Shown here: piece after piece, positions 53,967 through 64,000 of the stretch | Numbering within the stretch: position 1 is the first letter of the stretch | How the letters are laid out: every line of letters begins with the position of its first letter | From: an uncultured Nitrososphaerales archaeon | Lineage (GTDB): Archaea > Thermoproteota > Nitrososphaeria > Nitrososphaerales > Gagatemarchaeaceae | Assembly: GCA_963706445.1 (NCBI GenBank) | Contig: OY970160.1 | Span: 160,001 to 224,000 of the forward strand | Direction: 5' to 3' | DNA length: 64,000 nucleotides | The notes under the pieces: model-generated | The model's database searches: none | What the model was told of the DNA's origin: nothing | Seen by the model: the letters and a program-made list of their open reading frames with translations, nothing else | Position numbers and translations under genes: made by a program

Positions 53967-54071
53967 TGGACCGGGGGGGACTCGGACCCCCGACCTCCCC
54001 CAGTCTGGATTTCTTTGCCAAGGGGCTGGACGGTTTTTGACCCGTATCCTACCAGACTAGACTACCGGCCC
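53967..54071 (-). tRNA. tRNA-Ala(GGC) with two introns (~54026-54043 in anticodon stem; ~54003-54015 at 37/38)
   Basis: GGGCCGG/CCGGTCC with G3·U70; spliced CCCCC-TTGGCAT-GGGGG; T-loop TCCGAGT. Confidence 0.8.
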
Positions 54072-54137
54072 GCATTCGGCGGCTCGACGGTGAGCGCTCT
54101 TTAAGCTTAATTCCACTTCATTCTACAAGTGCCCTAA

Positions 54138-54467
54138 TTGTCAATCTCAATCTCCGATTTCGCCAAGGTCGAAATGAAGGTAGGAAGGATAGCCTCGGTT
54201 GACGACATTCCAACCGCACGGAAGCCGATCTACAAGTTGACGATCGACTTCGGGGAAGGACTCACCAAGCAGTGCGCAGCTGGAATCAAGGACAAGTACA
54301 CCAAGGAGGAGCTATTGGGTAAGGTAATCATAGCAGTGGTCAACCTCGAACCGAAGTCGGTAGCAGGGGTGGTGTCTGAATGCATGCTCCTGACCGCTTT
54401 CAACGAGAAGGAGCTCTCCTTGCTGGAACCAGACAAGGGCGTCACACTTGGGACGAAGGTTAGCTGA
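54138..54467 (+). CDS. tRNA-binding OB-fold protein (CsaA/Trbp111-like)
   Basis: DFAKVEMKVGRI, VNLEPK…GVVSECMLL. Confidence 0.88.
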   Translation: MSISISDFAKVEMKVGRIASVDDIPTARKPIYKLTIDFGEGLTKQCAAGIKDKYTKEELLGKVIIAVVNLEPKSVAGVVSECMLLTAFNEKELSLLEPDKGVTLGTKVS

Positions 54468-54518
54468 AGCGACTCCGGCGCAAGCTTTTATCCACCACGA
54501 AAGCGCGACTTGAAACGA

Positions 54519-54619
54519 GCGGTGGTCGTCTAGCCTGGTCCAGGACAGTAGCCTGCCACGCTACTAACTCGGGAAGTCATGCAAATGACTCGAGAATTCA
54601 AATCCCGGCCACCGCACCA
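54519..54619 (+). tRNA. tRNA-Gly(GCC) with a T-arm intron (~54574-54596) and encoded CCA
   Basis: GCGGTGG/CCACCGC-A-CCA; GTAGC-CTGCCAC-GCTAC; intron hairpin AGTCAT…ATGACT. Confidence 0.87.
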
Positions 54620-54640
54620 TTCCAAAAAGAACTCTCATTA

Positions 54641-55585
54641 TTATTTACGTGACACGAACCCCGCGAAAGTGTAGGTCAACGCAGTCGCCGCGACCCTCTC
54701 CGACCTTCCCGTCGGGTCCAGTGATGGGGCCAGTTCCACGATGTCAGCGCAAGCTACCTTGTCACCTTTCACGACCTCGTACACAATCCTGCAGACGTCG
54801 GCCGCGTGCAGTCCTCCCGCGCTTGGCGCGCTGACTCCAGAAACCTCGGAAAGGTCGATTGCATCGAGGTCGACGCTCAGGTAGACTGCGTCCGCACCCT
54901 TCGACGCGACTCTGTAAGCCTCTTGGGCGGCGGCCGTGGGCCCCTTTTCACGGACCTCGTCTGCCGACATCAGCTTGAGCCCTGTTCGCTTTGCTTTCTC
55001 GTAATACTTCTCTGAATTCAGGAATCCATGCGCTCCAAGCTCCACCACCCTGTGAGGGTCGAGGCTGTCGATGGTCGACAAGGCCAGGCCGTAAGACGAG
55101 CCGCTCGTGGGCTTTCCTCCAATCTCCCCCCTCATGTCCAGATGGGAATCGACCACGATCAGCCCAAGATTGCCAAATTTCTTCGCGCACGCCCTCAGTG
55201 ATGGCAACGAAATGCTGTTGTCTCCCCCAAGGATAACTAGGAGGGACCTTCGGTCGAGGCACCTGGTAACTTCCGCTTGCGTCTGGCTGTGGGCCCTGAT
55301 CACATCGTTTCGGTCGACAACGACGTCCCCCAGGTCGAGTATCCTCGCTTTCGAGAGTCGAACGCCCAGCTCGATGTTGTAGTTGGAGAACCCGGCCATC
55401 GCATGTCTAATCCCTGCCGGCCCCTCAGCGGCCCCCTTCCGTCCGAGGACCGCCCCGTCAAAGGGGACCCCGAGTACGTTGACCCCCCTGGGCATTGGGA
55501 GCCGAGCGGCTTTGATTATCTCGACCATCCGTAGATCGTTCCCGTCCCGATAACTCGGCGTTGGATAGTCCGCCGGATGTCTCAC
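54641..55585 (-). CDS. hutG: Formimidoylglutamase (ureohydrolase family)
   Basis: GGDNS, DSHLD, SVDLDA, ELAP; within the hut cluster. Confidence 0.82.
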   Translation of the reverse strand: MRHPADYPTPSYRDGNDLRMVEIIKAARLPMPRGVNVLGVPFDGAVLGRKGAAEGPAGIRHAMAGFSNYNIELGVRLSKARILDLGDVVVDRNDVIRAHSQTQAEVTRCLDRRSLLVILGGDNSISLPSLRACAKKFGNLGLIVVDSHLDMRGEIGGKPTSGSSYGLALSTIDSLDPHRVVELGAHGFLNSEKYYEKAKRTGLKLMSADEVREKGPTAAAQEAYRVASKGADAVYLSVDLDAIDLSEVSGVSAPSAGGLHAADVCRIVYEVVKGDKVACADIVELAPSLDPTGRSERVAATALTYTFAGFVSRK

Positions 55586-55657
55586 GCTGCTTCAGAGGAT
55601 GAGGATTCGAGTTAAGGTTATGCTACCTTTTATGAGTCGCATGGAAGGGTCCAAACG

Positions 55658-57133
55658 TTGGTCGTTTCTGTTGACGGCCGCTCACTTACCATCGAATCTG
55701 CGACCGACGTGGCCGAGCGGGGAGCCGCAGTCAAGGCTAGCCCCCAGAGTCTCAGGCAAATGGAGAAGTTTAGGGCGCTGCTCGAGCAGAAGCTGAGAAG
55801 CGGCGAAGTCGTCTACGGGGTCAACACAGGCTTCGGCTCCCTTTCCGACAAGGTCGTGCGCGCGGACAACCTCGACGAGCTGCAGCTCAATCTCATCCGG
55901 AGCCATTCGGCTGGGGTCGGGCCCCCCATGTCCACCGAAGTTGTGAGAGCTGCGATGCTGATCCGCCTGAACAGTCTCGTGAACGGGAACAGCGCGGCCA
56001 GGAGAGACGTCGCCGAGCTCTTGGTAGGACTGCTGAACAAAGGGGTGATCCCCTACGTCCCGGAGTTCGGGTCGCTGGGTGCAAGTGGAGACCTCATCCC
56101 ATCGGCCCACATGGCGCTGACCATGGTCGGCGAAGGGAAAGCCTATCGCCGGGGAAAGCTCGTCGAGTCGAGCAAGGCGCTCTCCTCTTCCAAACTCAGG
56201 CCGATAGTCCTTCACGCCAAGGAGGGCCTATCCCTCATCAATGGCACTGCCTTCACTACTGCCTTCGGGAGCATTTCCGTTCATAGAGGTAATACGCTCC
56301 TCAACGCCGCGAACTCCGCCCTGGCTGTCACGGCCGAGGTCCTCAGAGCTTGCTCACAGTCGTTCGACGAGAGGCTCATAGGTGTCAAGCTTGATTCAGG
56401 ACAGGAACATGTCGCGCGTCAGTTGCGCGCCCTTTTGAAGGGGAGCAGGAGGATCAGGTCCGAGCCTGTCCCCCAGGACCCTTATTCTGTCCGCTGCGCT
56501 CCTCAGGTGCACGGAGCTCTGAGGGACGCCGTAGTCTTCGCTGAGAAGCTTGTCGTCAACGAGATGAACTCGGTCTCAGACAACCCCGTAATGCTCGAGG
56601 ACGGTAAGGTGATGCACGGAGGCAACTTCCACGCCCAGCCGGTCGCCATGGCCCTTGACCTCCTCTCGATTTCTCTCTCCTACCTGGGAGTCATCTCGTT
56701 GGCCAGGATAAACTATCTCCTGAAGATTACCCCGCCCGAGTCAAAATACATGGCTACGAAGCCGGGGCTTGAGTCCGGGCTTATGCTTCTGGAGTACACC
56801 GCCACGGCCCTGACTTCTGACAACGCCACCAGAATCTATCCTTCTTCTTCGTATCCCGCCAACGTCTCCGGTGGAGTGGAAGACCACGCCAGCCACGGGG
56901 TGAATGCGGGGATCAAGACCTTGAAGGTCGCCAAGAACATATCACGCATACTCGCCATAGAAATCATCTGTGCGTCTAACATAATGGGCTCAAACGAAAG
57001 CGGGATTTCCGATCATGCGAAGAAGGTCTTGGGCTTCGTGCGGAACCACTCCCCGCTCCTCAGGGGAGACAGATCCCAGGGGCCCGAGATAGAATTCATC
57101 GCCGGAGAAATCTTGGCCGACAAGCTGCCTTAG
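55658..57133 (+). CDS. hutH: Histidine ammonia-lyase
   Basis: YGVNTGFG, GASGDL (MIO), QDPYSVRC, GGNFH. Confidence 0.93.
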   Translation: MVVSVDGRSLTIESATDVAERGAAVKASPQSLRQMEKFRALLEQKLRSGEVVYGVNTGFGSLSDKVVRADNLDELQLNLIRSHSAGVGPPMSTEVVRAAMLIRLNSLVNGNSAARRDVAELLVGLLNKGVIPYVPEFGSLGASGDLIPSAHMALTMVGEGKAYRRGKLVESSKALSSSKLRPIVLHAKEGLSLINGTAFTTAFGSISVHRGNTLLNAANSALAVTAEVLRACSQSFDERLIGVKLDSGQEHVARQLRALLKGSRRIRSEPVPQDPYSVRCAPQVHGALRDAVVFAEKLVVNEMNSVSDNPVMLEDGKVMHGGNFHAQPVAMALDLLSISLSYLGVISLARINYLLKITPPESKYMATKPGLESGLMLLEYTATALTSDNATRIYPSSSYPANVSGGVEDHASHGVNAGIKTLKVAKNISRILAIEIICASNIMGSNESGISDHAKKVLGFVRNHSPLLRGDRSQGPEIEFIAGEILADKLP

Positions 57134-58404
57134 CCGGCCACGCTGCCGAAGGCGAGCACTCCTTTCTTGTAGACTACTCTGACGTACTGGCCCCCTATCC
57201 GATAGGGGAGGTACCTGTATCCGGGAATTGAATGCACGACGAAGTCTGCCTGCGCGCCCACCGCGAGCGTACCCAGGTCGCTTCGGCCGATGGCTCGGGC
57301 AGACCCACGCGTGAAAGCCAGAAGCGCTTGGGCTGGGGAGATCCTCATCGCATTGCAGGCGAGGCTCATCACCAGCTGAGGCGATTCTATCCAGGAATTA
57401 GGGCTGAGGTCGGTGCCTAGGGCCATTTCGCACCCTGCTTCCAAGATAGCCCGTGCATCTGCGTAGGGGATGGAGGAGAAAAACGAGGTCCCAGGCAGGA
57501 GCACCGCGACCACTCCGGCCCGGGCCATGCTCTTGATTCCAGGGGCCGAGCTCGAACCCAGATGATCCGCGGAAATGCACCCCGCCTCGGCGGCCAATGA
57601 CGCTCCCCTCGAATCAGAGTATTCGTCCGCGTGTATCTTGGTCTCGAACCCCAGCTTGTGCGAAGCTTTCAGGTATCTTGAGCATTCTTCTCTGGAGAAA
57701 ACCCCTTCCTCGCAGAAGCAGTCAGAGAAGCGCGGTCTCTTCTTCGCAAGGGCAATCGCCGGCAGCATCTCCCCGATGGCGTAGTCCACATACTCCGAAC
57801 TATTCCTGAACTCGGGCGGGCAGGCATGCAGGCCGAGGAACGTGGGGACGAGTTCCACCACCGACCCGGCACTCATTCGGTCAATCGTATCGAGGAGTTT
57901 CATCTCTGTCACGAGGTTCTGCCCATAGCCCGTCTTCACTTCGGCTGTAGTGACTCCGCACCTCAAGAGCTGATTCACCCGCCCCATTGACTCGTCGACA
58001 ATCCGACTGATGTGGGCCTTGCGCGTCTCCTTCATCGTGCGGACGATCCCGCCCCCGGACGCAAGGATTGACGTGTAGGCCTCCCCTTCGATTTTCCTCT
58101 CTAGCTCGTCCTCCCTGCTCCCCGCGAACACCAGGTGGGTGTGCGGGTCTACGAAACCAGGAGTGACCAGCCCTCCATTCGCATCAACGGTCCTCCTTGG
58201 CTTTCCGATGGCCTTGCGCCGAAACTCCCGGGTGGTGCCGACCCAAGCAACTTTCCCCCCCGTGACCAGGAGCGCCCCATCTTCGATAATCCCGAGCTTC
58301 TCCTCGGGGGTCCTCCCACCGCCGGTGCACGCGACAAGCTCGCGGGCATTGATGACAGCAAGGTCGGCCACCGAATCCCCCACGGCCGAGGAACTGGCAT
58401 TCAT
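57130..58404 (-). CDS. hutI: Imidazolonepropionase
   Basis: [29 protein letters not shown]. Confidence 0.93.
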   Translation of the reverse strand: MNASSSAVGDSVADLAVINARELVACTGGGRTPEEKLGIIEDGALLVTGGKVAWVGTTREFRRKAIGKPRRTVDANGGLVTPGFVDPHTHLVFAGSREDELERKIEGEAYTSILASGGGIVRTMKETRKAHISRIVDESMGRVNQLLRCGVTTAEVKTGYGQNLVTEMKLLDTIDRMSAGSVVELVPTFLGLHACPPEFRNSSEYVDYAIGEMLPAIALAKKRPRFSDCFCEEGVFSREECSRYLKASHKLGFETKIHADEYSDSRGASLAAEAGCISADHLGSSSAPGIKSMARAGVVAVLLPGTSFFSSIPYADARAILEAGCEMALGTDLSPNSWIESPQLVMSLACNAMRISPAQALLAFTRGSARAIGRSDLGTLAVGAQADFVVHSIPGYRYLPYRIGGQYVRVVYKKGVLAFGSVAG

Positions 58405-58470
58405 GATAAGGGTTATCGGATGGCCGAGGGCTCGCGAACTCTTAAATCGAAACAGGAGGCGTCAGCCAAT

Positions 58471-60123
58471 GTGCAGAAGCACATCGTAAGGGCGCCCAGG
58501 GGAAACGAGATCTCCTGCAAGAGCTGGCATCAGGAAGCGGCCCTCAGGATGCTGATGAATAACCTCGACCCCGAGGTCGCCAAGGACCCCGAGCATCTCA
58601 TCGTGTACGGAGGAACAGGCAGGGCTGCACGGTCCTGGGAGGCCTTCGACGCGATTGTGAAGTCGTTGAAAGCCCTCGATAACGACGAGACCCTCATTGT
58701 GCAGTCGGGGAAGCCTGTCGCGATTTTCAAGACAACCGTGTTCGCCCCGAGGGTTCTCATCTCCAACGCCATGCTGGTCCCCAAATGGGCGGACTGGAGC
58801 TACTTCCGAGAGCTCGAGGAGAGGGGCCTGACGATGTACGGGCAGATGACGGCCGGGAGCTGGATGTACATCGGGACCCAGGGGATACTTCAGGGGACCT
58901 ACGAGACCTTGGCCGCAGTCGGGACCAAGCACTTCGGAGGCTCCCTCAGGGGGAGAATAGTGCTCACGTCGGGGCTAGGAGAGATGGGAGGCGCGCAGCC
59001 CCTTGCGGTCACCATGAACGACGGCGTTGCCTTGGTGGTCGAAGTGGACAAGAGGGCGATTCAGAGGCGCCTCGACAAGAAATACTGCGACGTGATGGTC
59101 GAAGATGTCGCCGAGGCACTGGGGATAGCCAAGGACGCGGCCAAGGAAGGCAAACCTCTGTCTGTCGCACTGCTCGGCAACTCCGCCGAGGTCCTTCCCG
59201 AATTGCTGAAGATTGGCTTCAAGCCAGACGTGCTGACCGACCAGACGGCCGCCCACGACCCTCTGGCGGGGTACATCCCCGAAGGAATGAGCGTCCAGGA
59301 AGCCTCAGACCTGAGGGCCTCGGACTCGAAGAAATACCTCTCCCTGTCCATGGCGTCCATCGCAAAGCACGTGAGGGCGATGCTCCAGTTCCAAGACCAG
59401 GGGGCAATAACGTTCGAGTACGGCAACAACATCAGGAAGATGGCCAAAGATGCAGGGGTGGAGGACCCGTTCAGGATCCCCGGTTTCGTCCCAGAATACA
59501 TCAGGCCCCTGTTCTGCGAAGGGAGGGGGCCGTTCCGCTGGGCAGCCCTTTCAGGCAGGCCAGAAGACATCTACGCCACCGACGAGGCCGTCATGAAGGA
59601 ATTTGCTAACAACGAGTCGCTAGTGAGGTGGATCAAGAAGGCCCACGACAGGGTCCAGTTTCAGGGGCTCCCCTCCAGGGTCTGCTGGCTCGGATATGGG
59701 GAGCGCGCCAGGTTCGGCAAGATAATCAACGAGATGGTGAGGAACGGGACAATATCCGCCCCAGTGATTATAGGCAGGGACCACCTCGACTCCGGCTCGG
59801 TCGCCTCCCCCTACCGCGAAACCGAAGGGATGAAGGACGGCTCCGACGCCATCGCGGACTGGCCCGTACTGAACGCCCTCCTCAATGCCGTTTCTGGGGC
59901 CTCCTGGGTCTCCGTCCATCACGGTGGCGGAGTCGGCATTGGGTACTCTATCCACGCCGGGCTGGCCGTGCTCGCCGACGGCACTCCAGAGGCAGAAGCG
60001 AGGATAGCCCTCGCTCTTACAAACGACCCCGGCCTCGGAGTCGCGAGACACGCTGACGCAGGCTACGACGAAGCCATCAGGACCGCGAAGTCAAAGGGCG
60101 TCAAGATACCGATGATGAAGTAG
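58471..60123 (+). CDS. hutU: Urocanate hydratase
   Basis: [30 protein letters not shown]; GTG start after GGAGG. Confidence 0.96.
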   Translation: MQKHIVRAPRGNEISCKSWHQEAALRMLMNNLDPEVAKDPEHLIVYGGTGRAARSWEAFDAIVKSLKALDNDETLIVQSGKPVAIFKTTVFAPRVLISNAMLVPKWADWSYFRELEERGLTMYGQMTAGSWMYIGTQGILQGTYETLAAVGTKHFGGSLRGRIVLTSGLGEMGGAQPLAVTMNDGVALVVEVDKRAIQRRLDKKYCDVMVEDVAEALGIAKDAAKEGKPLSVALLGNSAEVLPELLKIGFKPDVLTDQTAAHDPLAGYIPEGMSVQEASDLRASDSKKYLSLSMASIAKHVRAMLQFQDQGAITFEYGNNIRKMAKDAGVEDPFRIPGFVPEYIRPLFCEGRGPFRWAALSGRPEDIYATDEAVMKEFANNESLVRWIKKAHDRVQFQGLPSRVCWLGYGERARFGKIINEMVRNGTISAPVIIGRDHLDSGSVASPYRETEGMKDGSDAIADWPVLNALLNAVSGASWVSVHHGGGVGIGYSIHAGLAVLADGTPEAEARIALALTNDPGLGVARHADAGYDEAIRTAKSKGVKIPMMK

Positions 60124-60910
60124 TAACCACTCCGCGATTCCGGACTGACGAGTATACGTAGAACACGACGTAGGCCGCAGAGACCAGCGCGGCTAGCGCC
60201 GACAAACCGTCAACGACGGTTGGGGAAGACGCGAAGGTGCCGCTCGACGGCGAGCCGGCAAGGAACCCGGCATAAACCAAGACGACTGACCATGCGAAAC
60301 AACCTGCGACTGTCATCACTACGAAGCGATAGATGTTCATCTCGAAGAGCCCCGCCGGGAGCGATATCACAGTCCTCAGGCCGGGAACGAACCTAGCAAC
60401 AAAGACCGTCCACTGGGCGGACCTCCCGAACCAGGCTTCTGCCCTGTCGAGAACGTCCTTGTGGAGCCTGAAGAGCCTCAGGAGTCCGACGACGAACGGC
60501 CTGCCAAGCCAAACTGCTAGGTAGTAGTCAACCAACGCGCCGGCAAGACTTGCCACTGTGCTGACGGCGACCACCCCCCAGAAGTTCAGCGTGCCGAGCC
60601 AGACGAAGTACCCAGCCAACGGAAGTACCACTTCACTGGGTATCGGGATTGACGCGCTCTCCAGTGCCATCAGGGCAAAGATGCTGGCGTAGCCGTAGCT
60701 AGACATGAAGTTGTTCAAAGTTGAAGATGACAGGATCGAGCCTGACAACCAGGAGAAGACCGACCCGAAGGGGAGCTCGATCACGCTGGTGGCCTCGAGG
60801 AGGCCCACTGCGAAGACTAACAGCGCCGCAATTAGAAGGTAAATGTTCCTTGGCACGAGAGAGCCTAGGTTCCGAATGCTCCGCAACCTGGAGGAGCCCC
60901 GAAAATCCAC
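60101..60910 (-). CDS. DedA-family membrane protein
   Basis: [30 protein letters not shown]; true start probably ~60856. Confidence 0.9.
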   Translation of the reverse strand: MDFRGSSRLRSIRNLGSLVPRNIYLLIAALLVFAVGLLEATSVIELPFGSVFSWLSGSILSSSTLNNFMSSYGYASIFALMALESASIPIPSEVVLPLAGYFVWLGTLNFWGVVAVSTVASLAGALVDYYLAVWLGRPFVVGLLRLFRLHKDVLDRAEAWFGRSAQWTVFVARFVPGLRTVISLPAGLFEMNIYRFVVMTVAGCFAWSVVLVYAGFLAGSPSSGTFASSPTVVDGLSALAALVSAAYVVFYVYSSVRNRGVVTTSSSVS

Positions 60911-60921
60911 TTAAAGGAATT

Positions 60922-62202
60922 TCAGTTCTTCTTGCCGGCTTTCGAGAACTCTTCCACTAGTTCTTTGGCCCGGTCGAACCTGATCTTTCTCTCCTCTATC
61001 ATCCTCTGGGCGACCAAGTCGACGAGCTGGCCAGTCGCTCCCGCGCTGATGGCCACATTGCGACTGTGGAGCTTCATGTGGCCCCTCTGGATTCCCTCGC
61101 TTGCCAGGGCCCTTAGGGCGGCAAAGTTCTGTGCTAGACCAACCGCTCCCATAACTTCCGCGAGTTCTATCGCCGTCTTGACTCCGAGTATCTTTATGTC
61201 TGCCCTAGCCGTCGGATGTGTCTTCGCAGCTCCTCCCACCAGTCCTACTGCCATCGGCATCTCAAGGGCCCCGACCAGATCTCCATCCTTGTTCTTCTCC
61301 CAGGTCGTCAGCGGCTTGTACTTGCCGCTCTTGGAAGCATAGCTGTGAGCCCCTGCTTCAAGAGCCCGGATGTCCTGTCCGCAGGCGATCCCGACCGCGA
61401 CGACCCCGTTCATTATCCCCTTGTTGTGGGTAGCACATCTGTAGGGGTCGGCGTCAGCAAAAGCGTAGGCGTACACGATCCCGTCGACGACCTCTTCGCC
61501 CCCAACCGCCTCCTTGTCGAATACTGCGGTGGCCCTGACCAGTCTTCTATCTGCGAGGTTGGATATTATCCTGAGGAAGACTCGCCCGCCGGTGATCTCC
61601 TCGACCATGGGCGCGACCGCCTCCGCCATTGTGTTCACGGCGTTCGCCCCCATGGCGTCCCCTGTGTTGACAATCAGTTCTGCTATCACCATCGGCCCCT
61701 TGATGCTGGATAGCACTTTCACGTTGAGGTCTTTCGCCCCGCCACCGAGCGAGACAAGCATCGGGTCCTGGTCATCCGCCTTCTTCAGGATGTCTGCCTT
61801 TCGGGCGAGCAGCTTGGCCTTCGCCTCATCGGGCTTTGGCACATTCACCACTTGGATCTGACCTATCATCACCGGGCCGGTATTCGTAACTTTGAAGCCT
61901 CCCTTCACCCTCGCCATCTTTGCCGCATTGCTTGCGGCAGCCACGACCGACGGCTCCTCGAGGGCCATCGGGACGAGGTAGTCCTTTCCGTTTATCCTGA
62001 AGTTGGTCGCTATCCCCAGAGGGTAGGTCAGCCCTCCGACGACGTTCTCGATCATGTGGTCTGCTAACTCAGCCGGGAGCCCTCCCGTGTTCGCGAGGGT
62101 TCCTATCTCCTCATCTGTAAGTGAAACGATTTTCTTGAGCAGGGCCCGCCTTTCAGGCATCGAAAGCTTGTAGAATCCCCGCAGCTCCGAACTCTCTATC
62201 AT
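60922..62202 (-). CDS. mvaA: HMG-CoA reductase, class II
   Basis: ENVVG, EEPSVVAAAS, DAMGAN, THNKGIMNG, GIQRGHMKLH. Confidence 0.95.
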   Translation of the reverse strand: MIESSELRGFYKLSMPERRALLKKIVSLTDEEIGTLANTGGLPAELADHMIENVVGGLTYPLGIATNFRINGKDYLVPMALEEPSVVAAASNAAKMARVKGGFKVTNTGPVMIGQIQVVNVPKPDEAKAKLLARKADILKKADDQDPMLVSLGGGAKDLNVKVLSSIKGPMVIAELIVNTGDAMGANAVNTMAEAVAPMVEEITGGRVFLRIISNLADRRLVRATAVFDKEAVGGEEVVDGIVYAYAFADADPYRCATHNKGIMNGVVAVGIACGQDIRALEAGAHSYASKSGKYKPLTTWEKNKDGDLVGALEMPMAVGLVGGAAKTHPTARADIKILGVKTAIELAEVMGAVGLAQNFAALRALASEGIQRGHMKLHSRNVAISAGATGQLVDLVAQRMIEERKIRFDRAKELVEEFSKAGKKN

Positions 62203-62343
62203 TCCTCGTAGGCGCGCTCAAAGGCTCGCTATTTAATCAGTAGACGACGCCTGTGTCGGTCTCGTCAATCGGCGAATTGAGAAGACAGATTCGCACATTC
62301 AACCCTGCTAAGGATAAAAGGCGGGTTCGGGGCGGGCGACACA

Positions 62344-62435
62344 GGGCCCGTCGTCTAGCCTGGTTTGGACGTCAAGGTCCGCCTCGTCAAGCTCTGACAC
62401 GGCGAAGGTCCCCGGTTCAAATCCGGGCGGGCCCA
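62344..62435 (+). tRNA. tRNA-Val(GAC) with an intron in the anticodon stem (~62374-62390)
   Basis: GGGCCCG/CGGGCCC-A; spliced TCGCT-CTGACAC-GGCGA; CCCGG-TTCAAAT-CCGGG. Confidence 0.83.
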
Positions 62436-62491
62436 TCTTTGCCATGCATAATTTGTTGCTCTAAGCCAGGCTTGGCAGGCGTTGTCGGATT

Positions 62492-62734
62492 TTACTTGAT
62501 GTGGGCCGGCTTGTGGACGAACCCATCGAGAATCAGGCGGATGTCCTTCCTCTCCTTTGCAGATTGCTTCCAGAGTTGCGCCCTCCTTCCGGCATCCATC
62601 TTGTTCCAGTACCTAGCCACATCGTCTTCCACCTCGAAGACGTAGAATTCGCCTTGCTTGAACGGCGCTTCTCGACCCTTCTCCACGATTGGCTCTAACC
62701 CGTCATTCACCACTCTGATTGATGCCATCACCAT
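62492..62734 (-). CDS. Hypothetical protein
   Basis: 80-aa ORF preceded by AGGAGG and TTTTAA. Confidence 0.6.
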   Translation of the reverse strand: MVMASIRVVNDGLEPIVEKGREAPFKQGEFYVFEVEDDVARYWNKMDAGRRAQLWKQSAKERKDIRLILDGFVHKPAHIK

Positions 62735-62851
62735 GCCCCTCCTTCTCTCCGGTTAAAAGAATCAGTCTTCGCCTTGTCCAAACTGCAGCAGGACCCGCCC
62801 TGAGCCACTTTCTTCAATCCTAAATATGACCGCAGGAGTTCAACCCCGTCC

Positions 62852-63322
62852 TTGAACAAGAGCGTCGTCTACCTCTCGATCTTCTTGATCATCGTGGGCC
62901 TCGCGTTCAACTTCTATCTCATCTCCCTCCTTGGCCTGTTGTTTCTTCTCCCAGGGCTGGCCGCGCCGTCCCGTCCGCCCGTCCGTCCTCCTCCGACAAC
63001 GTCCAAGCCCCCACCGAGGAGAGTCATCCCTCAACAGCCTTACCAGCAGCCTTCGCAACAGCCTGCGCAGCAAGCGACAAACGTGACTTCAAACCAGCCA
63101 GTTCAGGCCGCTCAGCCCATGCCCATGGTGGCCTCGCCACCTCCGCCGCAGACCCAGGGGTACTCCGCTGCCCTTTTTCCGACCCAGATGTTCCCGACCC
63201 TGAATCCGATGATCCAACCCGTCCAGTCGACGAAGGAAACGTCCGCCGCGAAGCAGGAAGGAAAGGACGAGCTGTTGGAAGTGGGGACTATGCTGGCACT
63301 GCTGAAGCTTATCCTCGGCTAG
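62852..63322 (+). CDS. Hypothetical membrane-anchored Pro/Gln-rich protein
   Basis: Two N-terminal TM helices, long P/Q-rich linker, C-terminal amphipathic helix. Confidence 0.65.
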   Translation: MNKSVVYLSIFLIIVGLAFNFYLISLLGLLFLLPGLAAPSRPPVRPPPTTSKPPPRRVIPQQPYQQPSQQPAQQATNVTSNQPVQAAQPMPMVASPPPPQTQGYSAALFPTQMFPTLNPMIQPVQSTKETSAAKQEGKDELLEVGTMLALLKLILG

Positions 63323-64000
63323 GGTACGTAGACGTTAATCTCGCGGCCAATCTTCCTGAGTCGCTCTATCCTGTGTGGCATGGAGGGGTGGGTTGAGAAC
63401 ATCTCCAGAAGGGAGCTTCCCCTGAAGGGGTTGACGATCCAGAGGGCCGATGTGGCCGGAGACGGGGCCTTGGCCTGGTTCGTCGCGATCGGTTTCGTCT
63501 GGACCTTGGTGCTGATCTTCTGCAGGGCGCTGATGAGCCCGGCTGGGTTCCTCGTCAGCTTTGCGCCGTACTCATCGGCGTTGTATTCGTCGTCCCTGCT
63601 GATTCCCATCTGGACGAATGTCGCACCGAGGGGCACCAGGACTACGGCAAGCAGAAGGATGGGTGAACCACCATTCCTGTTCCTGTTTCCTCCTCCGAAC
63701 ATTGTGGAGAATAGTGCGATATATCCTATGTACGAGATGGCCCCAGCTATTGTAGCTGCTATGCTCGACATCAGAACGTCCCTGTGCACGACATGCCCTA
63801 CCTCATGGCCTATCACTGCTTCGAGCTCGTCAGGAGTCAGTGTCTGGAGGATGCTCGAGGTAGCGCAGACCACAGCTTTGTTCGGCCCCCTTCCCGTCGC
63901 GAAGGCGTTGGGCTGAGGGGAGTCGACGATGCCGACCTTGGGCATCGGGATGTTCGCCTTCTGGGCGACGCTCCTCACCACTTTGAACAGGGTGGGGTTA
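63319..64000 (-). CDS. htpX: HtpX (M48) zinc metalloprotease, 5'-partial
   Basis: PNAFATGR, HEVGH, EYNAD, FSTHP. Confidence 0.93.
   Translation of the reverse strand, partial: NPTLFKVVRSVAQKANIPMPKVGIVDSPQPNAFATGRGPNKAVVCATSSILQTLTPDELEAVIGHEVGHVVHRDVLMSSIAATIAGAISYIGYIALFSTMFGGGNRNRNGGSPILLLAVVLVPLGATFVQMGISRDDEYNADEYGAKLTRNPAGLISALQKISTKVQTKPIATNQAKAPSPATSALWIVNPFRGSSLLEMFSTHPSMPHRIERLRKIGREINVYVP

Noticed and set aside
58135-58470. Long N-terminal extensions on hutU (likewise ALDH 43509, PRT 22351, pheT 5288)
   Set aside because: They overlap neighbouring genes or a tRNA; family similarity and SD/TATA signals support later starts.
60922-62202. Bacterial-type class II HMG-CoA reductase as a novelty
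   Set aside because: Already known in several archaeal lineages such as Archaeoglobus and Thermoplasmatales.
1-64000. CRISPR arrays, cas genes, rRNA genes, proviral genes
   Set aside because: No regularly spaced repeats or recognisable motifs found by eye.
1-64000. Many long antisense or alternate-frame ORFs in the track (e.g. 39231..40160, 43821..44609, 51533..52429)
   Set aside because: Shadow ORFs expected in high-GC3 coding DNA; they overlap well-supported genes and lack motifs.

Overview
High-GC archaeal chromosome segment, most consistent with a heterotrophic Nitrososphaerota (Thaumarchaeota)/TACK lineage. Markers: archaeal DnaG, pelota, type II MetAP, archaeal PheRS/TrpRS, the L3-L4-L23-L2-S19 block, SRP RNA and five intron-containing tRNAs. 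Most of the window is housekeeping or metabolic: a 2-oxoacid dehydrogenase complex with fused E1 plus lipA/lipB, histidine utilisation, Mn/Zn transport with DtxR- and NikR-family regulators, and class II HMG-CoA reductase. The main accessory feature is a 6.5-kb island (7789-14305) between a small TOPRIM gene and dnaG. It resolves into two different cargo-carrying IS6-like unit transposons stacked at one 8-bp target (GGAAAACA-element 1-GGAAAACA-element 2-GGAAAACA). Each has GGTTCTGT terminal inverted repeats, a second symmetric inner repeat about 50 bp inside, a SWIM/Zn-ribbon/DDE transposase, a translationally coupled 31-aa leader ORF, a divergent RHH regulator with its own operator-like repeats, a conserved stop-less terminal ORF, and different cargo. 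Also notable: a short SMC ATPase with Smc5/6-like motifs and putative kleisin- and kite-like partners between two Lhr helicases, an unassigned structured RNA after pheT, and introns at non-canonical positions in every tRNA. All calls are from visual motif recognition; no searches were run.
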